This document shows, piece after piece, positions 1-11,900 of a stretch of DNA of 64,000 nucleotides. The notes beneath the pieces were generated by a model. It ran no database searches and was not told where the DNA came from. It saw only the letters and a list, made by a program, of their open reading frames with translations. The stretch comes from Camelus ferus (taxonomy: Eukaryota): NCBI RefSeq assembly GCF_009834535.1, contig NC_045696.1, positions 9,674,001-9,738,000 on the forward strand. The letters run 5' to 3'. The position numbers and the translations under genes were made by a program. Each line of letters opens with the position of its first letter. Within the stretch, counting starts at the first letter, position 1.

Positions 1-499
1 TCCCTCAGAGGATCAGCTTCCTCAAAGCTTAATACAGATTGAACCCCCAGAATCCATAACCCCTGAATATTTGTTCTCCGCTGTTCAGAGAAGAGTTTAC
101 AGCCAGAAAACAGAGTTAAGAAGGGTCACAAAAGAAGAGGAAAAGGGATATAAGTGAGGCAGGGAGACTGTGAAAGCTCCAGATGTGGGCTGAAGTTTGG
201 GTGGGACCTGGATCTATAATGGGGCACAAGTGGGCACACCTCACCCAGCTCCCCATCCCAAGACTTGTATTCTATCTGCAAAACTGGGGCTCCCATTCCA
301 TTTCCCCACCATCTTCTATCCCCACTGAGAAGGAAAGTAGTACCCCAGCAGCAAATGATTCCCTGGGCCACCCCTTCGGTCACCTCTGATATTTGGCTAG
401 AATTCCCTGATCACACCCCACACCCCAGCCTGAGTACAGTGCCCATCCTTCCGTGTTCCTGAGTATTCAATATTTAATTTACACTGTAGTGAAATGTAC

Positions 500-655
500 T
501 TGCTCATGTGTCTCTCGTGTGTCTCCCTCCCTCATTAGACTGTACACTCTTTGAAGTCAGGGACTGTCTCTTGCTGGTGGATTTTTCCAGGAATTAGCAC
601 AATGCCAACTCATAGTTCAATAACTGTTCAAAGGAATATGTGAATGAACAAACAA
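500..655 (+). mobile_element. LINE-2 3' end fragment
   Basis: ctcattagactgtacactctttgaagtcagggactgtctc...gcacaatgcc...tgaatgaac resembles the L2 3' terminus. Boundaries approximate. Confidence 0.7.
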
Positions 656-1013
656 ACATAAAATTTAAAAACTGAACTTCCTCACTTCCACTCATCCAAT
701 CTCAGTTTGAGATAATACCCAACAAACATGGATTGGATGCCAGCTGGGCATCAACCACTATGCTGAATACGATTCATTATAAGAAAGAAGAGGTGGGACT
801 TCCAAGTCACATGTAGGCATAGGAAACGACAGGCCGGAGAGCAGTGGTTGCTGTGTCTTGTCCTGCCCTCTCTGATCTGGGATGCTGCATGTCTGGCTGG
901 AATATGGACGTGGTCCCTTCAGCTTGGAGCCCCCAATTGCCTCTCACTCCATTCTCATCTTTGTAGTTGCTTCTCTTGTGCTGTTTAAAGCCCTCTCTCC
1001 TCCCATGGTTCCC

Positions 1014-1610
1014 AGTGAGTCAGAACCATCATAGAACTTTGTATGGTATTTTTGTCTCAACGACTGAGGGTGTCCTACTGATATTTATTTGGTAGAAGCC
1101 ATGAATGGTTGACATCCTGCAATGCATGGACACGCCCCTGTAATAAAGAATTCTCTCTCATCCTCCCTGATTTTCAAGTGTTCCCCCAGAGCTTTGTGTA
1201 GCTAAAAACTCTGTTCTGTTTTAAATACAAACGCAAAGTATTTCTTGAAAGGTTTAAAATACACTGAAGTTTCCAGGAATGAGACTCCCATGTAAATCAA
1301 AGGAAGACTGTATTTAGTTTACCAAGAGTGAATCACCATTTGGGACGCCATGTCACCAACAGCAATGCCTATGGTATCTGAGTCTCAGCACAGCTCACCT
1401 GTGAAAGGCTGCTTTCATATCTCCTGCTTTCACAGAGAGGTTGCACTGAGCCCCAAGTATCCAGCATTATATGTTCTATCTTATTCCTACCTGAGCATTT
1501 ACCTATGGAAGCACATACTATTTTGTTATCAAATTACTTCCTATTTATTTTTAAGTCGGACAATTATGTTGACCTTTTAAATATAATGCAGTTAGGAAGA
1601 TTGTATGATT
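1014..1610 (+). mobile_element. hAT-Charlie non-autonomous DNA element (MER20/MER20B-like)
   Basis: tttttgtctcaacgactgagggtgtcctactga...acatcctgcaatgcatggaca...aaagaatt resembles the MER20 core, followed by an extended internal part. Boundaries approximate. Confidence 0.55.
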
Positions 1611-1616
1611 CATTTC

Positions 1617-2043
1617 TGTTAAGGGTCGAACTGTGTCTCCATCCCTCCATCCAAATTTAATGTTAAAGTCCTAAGCTCCATACCTCAGAATGTGATCTTA
1701 TTTGGAACTAGGGTCTTTAGAGAAATAATCAAGTTAATATTAGGTCATTAGGATGGACTCTAATCCAAAATGACTGATGTGCTTATTGAAAGGGGGAAAT
1801 TTGGACATGGAGACACACACAGAGGAAAGACAATATAAAGAGACACAGGAAGAAGAGAGCCCTCCTCAAGCTAAGTTATGAGGCAAGAAACACATTTTTC
1901 TTTACAGCCTTCAGAAGAAACCAACCCTGCCAACACCTTGATTTTTGACTTCTAGCCTCCAGAACTGTGAGACAATGAATTTCTGGTTTTGAAGCCACCC
2001 AGTCTATGGTACTTTGTCATGGTGGCCCTAGAAAACTCATTCA
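1617..2043 (+). mobile_element. MaLR solo LTR (MLT1B-like)
   Basis: TG...CA ends. MLT1 motifs cctcagaatgtgatcttatttgga and gacttctagcctccagaactgtgaga. Candidate 5-bp TSD atttc/attac (4 of 5 match). Confidence 0.9.
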
Positions 2044-3194
2044 ATTACATTCCAGAAGAGTACAGGGGGCGTGAGATTTGTTACAAAAAGAAGGCAATGG
2101 GTATGATGGGGTTGGGAATAACTGCTTGGTTCAGACTCTCAAAGAGAGCTGCTAACTATGGCCCCAAACAGCAATAATACAAAAATTGAGTTTGGTTTGG
2201 CAAAGGAAACACCATAATGGGTAATTTCAGTGTCAGAAACAATCAAAGTATTAAATATCCAGCAAAAGAAAAGTAACCCTCTAACTATGGAGATTTCCTG
2301 TACTTGAGAGGAATTGACCACAAAGCAATTAAAGTTAAAAAAGAAAGAAAACCTTCTATTTCATACTTGGAGAATCTCTTGAAACTATTCTTGCTTTAGA
2401 CAAATAGCCCCACTTACATTTGTATGGCTTTTCACAGTTTTTGAAGCACTTCGTGTACTTGATTCCATTTAATAGTCCCAAGAGATAAACAGGGCAGGAA
2501 AAAAAAATCCTTATTTTTTAATGGGAAGTCTGTGACTGTTGGCGTGATTTGCCCAAGATCAGATAAACATTAGATTTGTTTATTGATTAAAATTATTTTG
2601 GTTGAAAAAATACTCACAAATTTGAGTGACTTAGACATAAAATAATTTGATGGAAACAATGCCCCCATTCAAAGAATCCATGAGCAACCGGCCGTGGGAA
2701 GACCAGAGCCACAGCTCCCCAGGGCCTTCCCCTGCAGGGGATTGAGATTCTGGTCCATGAGGTCACCATGAAGATGACTCCAGAGCCAACCTCCAAGATT
2801 GAATCTCTGATCAAATTTCAAATTCCCTAGAAGAGAGGATCTAATTGGCTGGTCAGGTGCCTAGTCCTGTGGCAAACAATTGTGACTAGGTGGCGAGGGC
2901 ATGTAGTATCAGCAAAGTGAATGGGGACCCAATCTTACAGATTAGGGGGGCAGTTTCCAAAGAGAGGGAAATCATAACATAGCTGACCAATTCCCAGGAA
3001 GTTCCACCCTTTCGCTGCCCAACACTAACACGCATTGACCTTCCTGTGCATCCAGATATGCCCCCTGGGTAACACCATGCAGAACATAGAGGCACAGGCA
3101 CATTTACCCACTTCCCAGGAAAAACAACCAAAAGTCACATCCAGCTAACCATTAGTAGGTGGGCTAGCAGCTTATCAAACTTGATTCCTTTTCT

Positions 3195-3565
3195 TCCCAG
3201 GACTCACAGATTCACTCTATTTCCCAGCCTCCCTTGGGGTTAGATGGGGCATGTGACCAAGTTCTGGCCAGTGGGATGTGAGCAGAAGTGTTGGGCATCA
3301 CTTCCAGGTGTGCTCCTCCTTGCTCTGCTCTCTTCACTGACTAGATGCAGATGACGCAGTGGCCTGGACAGCTCTGTAAATTGACTGTGGAAAAACCACA
3401 ACACGGAAGGAGCCTAGTCCCACATCATTTCTTGGAGGAGAGGTACCAGCAGATCAGGAACACACTGAAGATTTTAGGAGAGCAAGAAAGAAACTTCTGT
3501 GATGTTTAAGCCCTAACATATTCTTGATTTTGGTTTTACAGCAGCTAGAGTTGTCGTAATCAATG
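3195..3565 (+). mobile_element. Old MaLR LTR (MLT1H/J-like)
   Basis: tttcccagcctcccttggggttagatggggcatgtgaccaagttctggccagtgggatgtgagcagaagtg is typical of old MLT1 LTRs. Subfamily uncertain. Confidence 0.6.
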
Positions 3566-4249
3566 CAGAGGCTGATGCTGAAGCACACTGTTCAGTGGTC
3601 CCAAACTCCATTGCATGCTTGCCCCTCCCATTCATTCTATCACAGTCCTTTCTCCCAATTCCACACTCTGTGGGCTCCACCACCACCAACATACAGCATA
3701 TAAAGGAGTGGGGAGAAGGAAAGAAGAAACAATATTAGATATGAATCAGGAGACTGAGTTGCACACCTGACTCAGCAATGCTACATCTTCTGCTCTCAGT
3801 GATTCCCTTTTTCCTATGAACCAAAGGACTGGGCTACTGGCAGCCATGTTTGTGCTGCATGAGCTTGTCCCCCTCAGGACTGACTGGGGCAAAGGCTTGC
3901 CCCTCACCTAAATGCGCCAATCAGTTTCTCTCTTCTGGGAACTTGGAATTTGAATGAAAGTAACAGAGACCAGAGGATGAGAACTAACCACATGAATAGC
4001 CAAGTTCTAGAGGAAAGAGCTATCAACTCCTGGGGTGGACAGACATCGTAGAGCAGCCCAGTTCCTATCTTAACTTGGGTTGAATTTTCAACTTTTCTCT
4101 GAATTACATGATATGCCAAGCTTCCAATAAGTCCCCTTTAGGATTAAACTTCAAAACGCATTGCAGCCAAAAGAACTCTATCTAATGAAGAAGAGAGTTC
4201 CAGAAGAAGGGGTTTGCTGATCTCCTTGGTTCCCGAAGGAGGAGCTCTG

Positions 4250-5000
4250 AATATTTATTGAGCAGCTACTATGTGCCAGGCATACTCTGCTAGATACTGG
4301 GGATTCAATGACAAACTCAATCTCTGCCCTTTTGAGGCTCACAGTCTGGAGGGGAGCAGGGCATTAGTCAGGTACTTTCATTCATGAGCAGGTAATTACA
4401 AACTGAGATAAGGACACTGAAGGAAAGCTTCAGGTCTGTGAATGAGCTTAGCAAAGGATCGAACCTTAGACTTGTGGATTTGAAGAGATAATATTTGGGC
4501 TGAACCCTGAACACTGAGTAAGTGTTAACTCATGGAAGAAAGCAATTCTCTGAAAAATATTTATAGAACCCTGTGATGGGGGTACACAGGGAGTATCATA
4601 GGAGCCCCCCCAAAAGTATTTTAATGTCTTTGAAGAAAGTGAAAAAGCTTCTCATAGTCGATGACATCTCAGTTGAGTACTAATGGATAAACAGAAGTTT
4701 GCAAAGAAGAAAAAGGTGGGAGGGCATTCCAAGCAGAGGGAACAAAACATTTGCAGAGGCATGAACGTATCAGAAAGTAAGAACAAATAGCTCTGCATGG
4801 CTGTGGTATTTAGGATCGGGATGTTTGTGAGGAAAAAGGTCAGTGAGGAAGCTAAAGGGCCACATCATAGAGGACCTCATCTAGGTCATGCTGAGGGGGA
4901 TGGACCTTACCCCATGGGCGGTGGGGAGTCAAAGGAAGATGATCACAGGGAAGGATTCCAATAAGATTTTTGCTTCAGAAATTTCATTCTAGGTTTTATG
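4250..5000 (-). mobile_element. LINE-2 fragments
   Basis: atttattgagcagctactatgtgccaggca...ctagatactgggga is the reverse complement of the L2 3' end, followed by degenerate L2-like purine-rich sequence. Confidence 0.7.
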
Positions 5001-5015
5001 AAGAACAAATTTGAC

Positions 5016-5527
5016 TTTATTAACAGATGACTAATAAAGAAGTTGTGGTATATAAATAACAGTGGAATACTACTCAGCCATAAAAATGAATAAAATAATG
5101 CCATTTGCAGCAACATAGACCTGGAGATCATCATCCTAACTGAAGTAGGACAGAAAGAGAAAGAAAAATATGATTATCACTTACATGTGGAAATCTAAAA
5201 AAAAGACACAAATGAATTTATTTACAAAGCAGAAACAGACTCACAGACATAGAAAACACACTTACAGTTACCAGGGGAGGAAGAGGGTGGGAAGGGATAA
5301 ATTGGGAGTTCAAGATTTGCAGATACTAACTATTACATATAGAATAGATAAGCAACAAGGTCCTACTGTACAGCCAGGAAACTACATTCAGTATCTTGTA
5401 GTAACCTATAATGCAAAAGAATATGAAAAGGAATATATGTATGTACATGTGTGACTGAAACATTATGCTGCACACCAGAAACTGACACAACATTGTAAAC
5501 TGACTATACCTCAATTTAAAAAAAAAA
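5016..5527 (+). mobile_element. 5'-truncated lineage-specific L1 (ORF2 C-terminus, 3'UTR, polyA), camelid-like
   Basis: ggaatactactcagccataaaaa (EYYSAIK) and gggataaattgggagttcaagatttgcagatactaac, ending in an A-tail. Degenerate TSD aagaacaaatttgac (5001-5015) / aagagcagattggac (5528-5542). Confidence 0.93.
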
Positions 5528-5944
5528 AAGAGCAGATTGGACCTGGGAGAGAGTGGAAGCTGAGAGAATTCAGAGCCGTGGAGCACCCCTGTGTTAATAG
5601 TTATCATGTACTGCAGGCCTGAGGTCTACCGTTGCCTGAGCATTTGTGGGAGAAGAATAATTAGAAGTGTCTTTCCAAAGCCCTCTCCTCCTACCTGGCT
5701 CGTTGCCGCCATCTTGGTTGGCCCCAGTTGTTGCCTCGGGTGTTACTTGTGCCATAGCAACAACTGGCCTCTCTTCCTGTAGCCTTCACGGTGCCAGCTG
5801 GCTAAGCTCCCACGACACAGCTGATCACACCCCCATGGCTCAGAGAGCGTCTCACTGCCTGCAGGGTCGAGCCATAGTCCTCCCTACACCGTCTCCAGCT
5901 TCCTCCCTCTTTACTCACGAATTCTAACTGTCTGCTCGGCTTTT

Positions 5945-6120
5945 TACATACATTATCTTTAATTCCCACCCCACCCCAAGGTGAACGTTACTGTCCTTAT
6001 TTTGCAACCTCAGAGAGGTCAAGACACAGGTCACAGGCCAAAGGGCACAAGCTAATAAATTGTGGGATCACATTTTGAATCCAGAACTGACTGACTCCAA
6101 AGCCCGTACCCTCTCACTCA
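5945..6120 (-). mobile_element. MIR SINE fragment
   Basis: ctcagagaggtcaag...cacaagctaataaa...tttgaatccagaactgactgactccaaagccc is the reverse of the MIR core and 5' part. Confidence 0.7.
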
Positions 6121-6647
6121 GGCATGTTAACTCTAAACCACGTGACCTGGTACGTCCGTCTCTAGTCCCCAAGCTGTTCGCCCCCAAGTGCAGCCCCCTA
6201 AGAACTGAGCCAAGGTATTATTCACAAAAAATGGGAAAAAAATGTCAATGCTATACTTTTCCCAAACTGCAGCAAATAATCAAATGTTCTTAATTTTACA
6301 TATGTGCCCTCTATAGTTTAAAAAAATTTTTTTGGCTTCTTCTACCACAGCACAGGTTAGAATTGTGTAGAAAACCAACTTTATATTAATTTTATGGCTA
6401 TTTCAATTGACTTTTCCTCTTAAATGAGTTTGAAATCCACTGAGCAAAACTGCACTGTTATTAGGGAAAGTAGGAGTGAGGCTTGAAGTCTTGTTTGGGG
6501 TTGGTATGTGGAAGGCTCTGGAAGCCTGGCCCAGTACTGGGACTATAAGCAAGGCGGAGCCAGAGGTGGCTTTGAGCTGAGGAGAGGACAGGCTGAAGCT
6601 ATGCCACAAGAAGATGTCTCTGAGCATAGGGGCCAAAGCGATAAGAG

Positions 6648-6820
6648 CAGAACTTCTCAATGCATGGTCCCCTGCTCACTGGATCAGAATCCCCCAGGAG
6701 CATGTTAAAATGCAGATTCCCAGGCCCCGCCCACAATTAGAATCCTTTTGGAATGGGATCCAAGAATCTACATCTTAACAACCTCCAAGATGTTAATGGG
6801 CACTGAATTTGAGCATCAGC
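6648..6820. mobile_element. MER5A-like hAT MITE
   Basis: ttctcaa...atcagaatcccccaggagcatgttaaaatgcagattcccaggccccgccc...tttgag matches the MER5 layout. Confidence 0.8.
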
Positions 6821-8582
6821 AGATTAGGAGGAGAGACTGGAGATGTGGAAACCAGTTGGGTGGCCTCAGAGATTCTCCAGAAGGGAGGCAACAAAGGAGA
6901 GAGCTGGAGGGGAGGAGAGGAAACTCAGGGGCTGGGGGAGAGGGTCGAGAGAGGATGTGGAATGGAACAAGTGATTCGGTGGGGAGGCAAAGGGGAGAGG
7001 GAAGTCAGCCCTGGGTTTCTGATCTGAGTGGCCGGGAGGATGGTGGGGTCCTCAGCAGAAACGAGGAGGGCAGGGGGAAAAGCAATTTGGAGGAAGATAA
7101 TTTATGCGTGTGTTTGGTCACTTTGAAATGGAGGTACTGGCAGAGCATCCTACCCAGAGTGTGTAACAGGATGCCGTCAGCAGCTCTCTAAGTGGCACTG
7201 AAAACCTACTGCCAACTTGCACGTTTGGAAGCCTCGGAACACTGATGCGGCTTAGGCCAGGGGACAGGTCATCGGGGAGTTTACTAGCTCTCTCCACTCA
7301 TGGCCACGGAGCGCACCTCCTGCCCACCGGCCATGGGCAGACACAGGGGTCCATCACCAAAGGTGGGGAGAGCTGGGGAGAGGAGGACGAGTGGGCTCCT
7401 GCAGGTCCAGCCTTGCTCTGAGAGATCCAGCTGCAGACTCCTGTCCTGACAGGGCCATCTCATGACAGCGCCTCCCAAACTCACGCCATTACCATCACTC
7501 TGGTGCCCTGGTCGGGATCTGCACACATGTCCTCGTCGGGAATCACTCATCGGTGGGAACTCAAAGGCAGCTTCAAAATCCGTACATCTGTGTTCTCAAC
7601 CTGGCCAATTACGTCTGACTGGAAAGTTAGTTGGGGCCAGAACCTGGGACTAATTTCAAGGACACCTTTTAAGACCAAAAGAAGGCCTTTTAGAATTGAC
7701 AGTTTCTGTAGATCCCAGTCACGCGGGGCCATTCATCTGCACGTTAACACGTGAGGGTCTCAGGGAGGAGGGCCCTTGTCTGGAACTCAGACCATCAGGT
7801 TTTTGAAAATGCACACATTTTCTTGTTTAGCTTCCAGTCTGCTGAGGGGGTCATCTGGAGAATATTACTGCCGGAAATACATCTAGAGGTTTTCAATTAA
7901 AATAAATTGCCTCAATCTTTGCAAATTATGCAAGAAACTGTCGGTGTCATACTAGGGCCACAAACTGTTCACTCTCAGGCGAGCTCCAGGCTGAACTCCT
8001 TTGGAGGCCACAGACAGACAAGGAAGGAAATCTCAGCAGACTCACAGCCTCTCCTCTCGTCTGCCCCTCCCTCCCCACCCTGGACCTCAGGAATGAGCCA
8101 CAAGCGCCCAGTTCTCAGCCCCAGAAAGCTCTCAGCAGAAGCCTGGGAAAAGCCACCCTGGTGGTCAGCCCCCAGGGACTGTCTGCCACGGGGGACTCCT
8201 GGAGCTGCACAGGGCTCCATGGCCTCCGAGACACCCTTCCTCTGCCGTCAGCCAAGTCCAGGTCATTCAGGGACAGTAAGTGGCACAGTGCTCCCAGCAC
8301 CTGCCACGCCCAAGCCTGCCCTGGTCGCTGGTCTTTGTCCCCAGGCAGGGACCCCTGGACGCGGGGAGGAGCAAGGCTGCAGCGACCTTCCCTCCCACAC
8401 TAGAGCCTACACTCCTGGGTTGGATGCTCCTTTCTAGAATCCCCCTCCCAGTGCCATGGCCCCCAAGAGGCCAGGAGGAGAGCGGAGCTCCGGGGAAGGC
8501 ACTCGTGTGGCTTCCAGACCTTTCAGGACGTGGTTGTTTAAGACAGTTTGGGACTATTCATGTTGGCACACACATATGTCAC

Positions 8583-8962
8583 TGTCTTCGTCTGCTACAG
8601 CTACTGCAACCCAGCACTGCAAACCTGGGGGGCTTCGCCAACAGAAATTGATCTCAGGGTTCTGGAGGCTAGAAATCCAAGATCAAGGTGTCAACAGGCT
8701 TGGTTTCCTCTGAGTCCTCCTTCCTTGGCTTGTAGGTGGCTGTCTTCTGGTGTCTTCACATGGCCTTCCCTCTGTGTGTGTCTACATTTTAGTCTCTTTG
8801 TATAAAGACACCAGTCAGATTGGACTAAGGTTCACCCACGTGACCTCGTTACCTTAATTCTCTCTTTCCGGACCTGCTCTGCAATACAGTCCCATTCTGA
8901 GGTACTGATAGTTAGGAATTCAACATACGATTCTTGGAGGGGACACAATTCAGTCTGTAACA
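8583..8962 (-). mobile_element. MaLR solo LTR (MLT1B-like), complete with perfect TSD
   Basis: Begins tgtcttcg and ends tgtaaca. Internal gttctggaggctagaaatccaagatcaaggtgtc. Flanked by GTCAC at 8578-8582 and 8963-8967. Confidence 0.93.
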
Positions 8963-11900
8963 GTCACAGAGCACAGCCACTCAGGTCTGACCCCTCATCT
9001 TCCTTGCCTCTTAGCCCAACTCCACACCATCATCAGATTCTTTGCAAGCTACAGTGAGTCGCAGAGGAAGGAAAGTCCAACCAAGTCACGTGCTTCTGGG
9101 TCACAGTTCTGGTAGCAAGGTCATTGGAGGAAGAGTTTGAAATGAGTAACTGTGGGTCCTTGTCCTCATCTATTTAGACATCCATCTCCCTTGGTCCTGG
9201 GAAGTCACAAGTGTCTTTAACTGAGTGCAGACCTGCTACTCTGGCTTGTAGGCATGACCGTCCAGCCTTCAGAGAAGATTCTTTTGCAAAGGAGCTGCAG
9301 GCTCCAGGCAACAGACATCACCTTGGTGCCAGGGGTGCTCTCGTTACTACTGGAAACCCAAGCTCTAGGTCCACGCCGGCCCTGTGGTCTCACCGGAGAG
9401 AGGAGGCCCCACAGAGGCCCCCCTGCAGATGGGCCAAGCCGCCCGCCAGAGCCTATGGGAGACTCCAGGCAGCTGTTTGGAGAACGGTTTTGATCCTCAC
9501 AATAGATGAGCTGCAACACGTCAGGAAATCTACTCTAGAAGGGAAAAAAGGCACCGACATTTACCCACACCGAAGCACTGCTGTTTGGGAGCGAGTACCG
9601 CAAGACGGAGCCATGTGTGGTGCAGTTGGAGGAGGGGGAGGCCTGGACGAGGAAAGCGGGGTGAGGGGGCGGGGCGGCGCTGGAGCTGATGCCGGAAGGG
9701 AGAAGCCGAGCAGGCTGAGAGCAGGCAGGAGGGAGGCCCCAGAAGAGGGGCACAGCCTGAACAAGGACCAGATTCCCCCCGTAGGAGCCAGCTGTGCTCA
9801 GGGCTGAGAGAGGGAGGCAGAGCCCTGTTCTGACCAGAGCAGAGGCCAATCTCCAAACAGATCTGAGGATGCTGCGTGAACAGTGTAATTTCCAGGAAGA
9901 GCAGGGAGCTGACAGCAGTGCCTGTGGCCGAAACAGGCCTGCAGACAGCAGGAGAGGCCAGCCTGTTCTCAGACTCAGCACCTCTTCGGCATCTAAACCA
10001 AAGCTCTGCTCCACTTTTTTGGCAGGCCCGGAACTCGCTCTCCGCCGTCAGCATTATTGCTTTCCAGGAATCTCCTGTTTTTCAAGTATTTTTGCCAAGA
10101 TGTGATGTTTTGCAAGCCCCGCAGCCCATCTCCCTCCTCCCCTGTCAAACTGATGAAACCATGCATCTTCCAGCCCCAAGCAGTCGCGCCCCACCCTGCC
10201 TTCGCTCCCCAGCTCACCCCAGGATCTGGCTGAGACCCAGGAGTCCCAGAGGCAGAAGACAGGCTCGTCTGTCTCAACCAGGGCTGGCGACACGGAGGGG
10301 CTGCGGTGTCTTCACTGCCCAGTAAAGACAACTGCCTGCTGGCAGATACTCCCAAGGAGCATAAATATCTCCTAGGCGGCCCCCAACTTTTGGCAAGAGA
10401 CAGGGGAGGATCTGTTTCTGGGTATATTTTGACATGAATTAAGGGCAAGGGGCCCTTTCTAAAATATTTGCTTGAAGCCTGGGTTTTAAAATTATTCCAC
10501 TGCTCAGTGACTCCTGCCCCACATAAATTAATCAATACAGTAAAATATTAATTCAGATTCCCGATTTATTACACCAAGGAAAACGTAAGTTTCCTACAGA
10601 GAGAGTGTTCCAGGCTTGTTGATTACTGTACCTGGAAATCATTTTAACCCAGTCCTGCAAATAAACACTGAATTTCACCAGCCTGCTACTACACTTCCCG
10701 GGCAAAACCATCTTCAGGCAGGAGAATACGTTATTAACATTTATCGGACTGTGGGGCAGGCATAGTTTTGAAAGTTTCATATGTATAAATGTATATAATC
10801 CAAAAGAGAAGCAATTTTACCAGGAAAAAAATGAAAATCCTACATTAGAACCACCTGCGACTGGTTATGCTTAGCATCCGTGGTGACACCCCACTGCTAG
10901 GGTGGCTCCACCTCCAACCTTGGAGTGACAACAAACTGTATCTTTAATCCCAGGCCTCAAGACAATCCAGATTGTTCTAGCCCAGTGTTCCCTGGAGACC
11001 TGCCAGCTTTCAACTAACTCAAGGTTTCGTTTGTCCTCACCTAAGATCATTCTCAGCTGCTGGCGGAGCCCGTGGTGAGCTGCCATCCCAAGAAATGACC
11101 CTGGACCTTTCTGGAAGCCTAGGCAAGGCCTGGGAGGGTAAGAAGGAGGGTCGGCAGGCTGTTTCATTCCCTGGTTTAGCCAGCCCTGGGGTTATGGCCT
11201 CCCCAGCACCAAGCAAGCAGCTTTGGGGGGAGACTAGAAAAGTAACTCAGTCAAAAACAAACAAACAAAAACAAAACAAAACAAAAACCTCTTTAGGAAT
11301 TTAGACAGCAAATGGCCATCCCAAGCCCTAAATAATATTAGCTTGCTCTTCTGAAGGACTGCTCTGTACCCCTGTCCCTGGCTGCAGGGCTGGGGGTGAC
11401 ACAGGAGATCGCAAACCTACACCATGTCAGAGACGGAAAGGAATTTCAGACGTTATGTAAGTCTGTGGTTTTAAAACTTTTAAATTGTTTTTACTATGGA
11501 AACCTCCTTCGAACACAGTCTTTCACGGAAATCCAGTACATCAAGCAGGGAAGAAGGTCCTGCATGGTCTCGCATTACAACTCAGAGGCTCAAAGAAACG
11601 ATTCTCTATTTTCTCTCTCACTTCATCTGATAGTCCTCATGAGCCCGCACCCTGCAGGGCAGAGGGAGCAACTAAGAGCGGCCAATTAACAATAGTTTAG
11701 GCTTTTCCAATTTAAACGGTCTCCTTTCAATGTAAACGCTCAGTCAGTTTATTCAAAGTTCAGTTCCCTATAGGACTGGTCTTAACAGTCTTTATAGAAC
11801 AGCTCAGATTTCCTCCCCTGTTGCTCCTCTATTTTCCAATATGGCAGCTAAGGGTTTAGAGGAAAGGTGGGGTTTTCGTGATTCTGAAGAGCCTTGGAAA

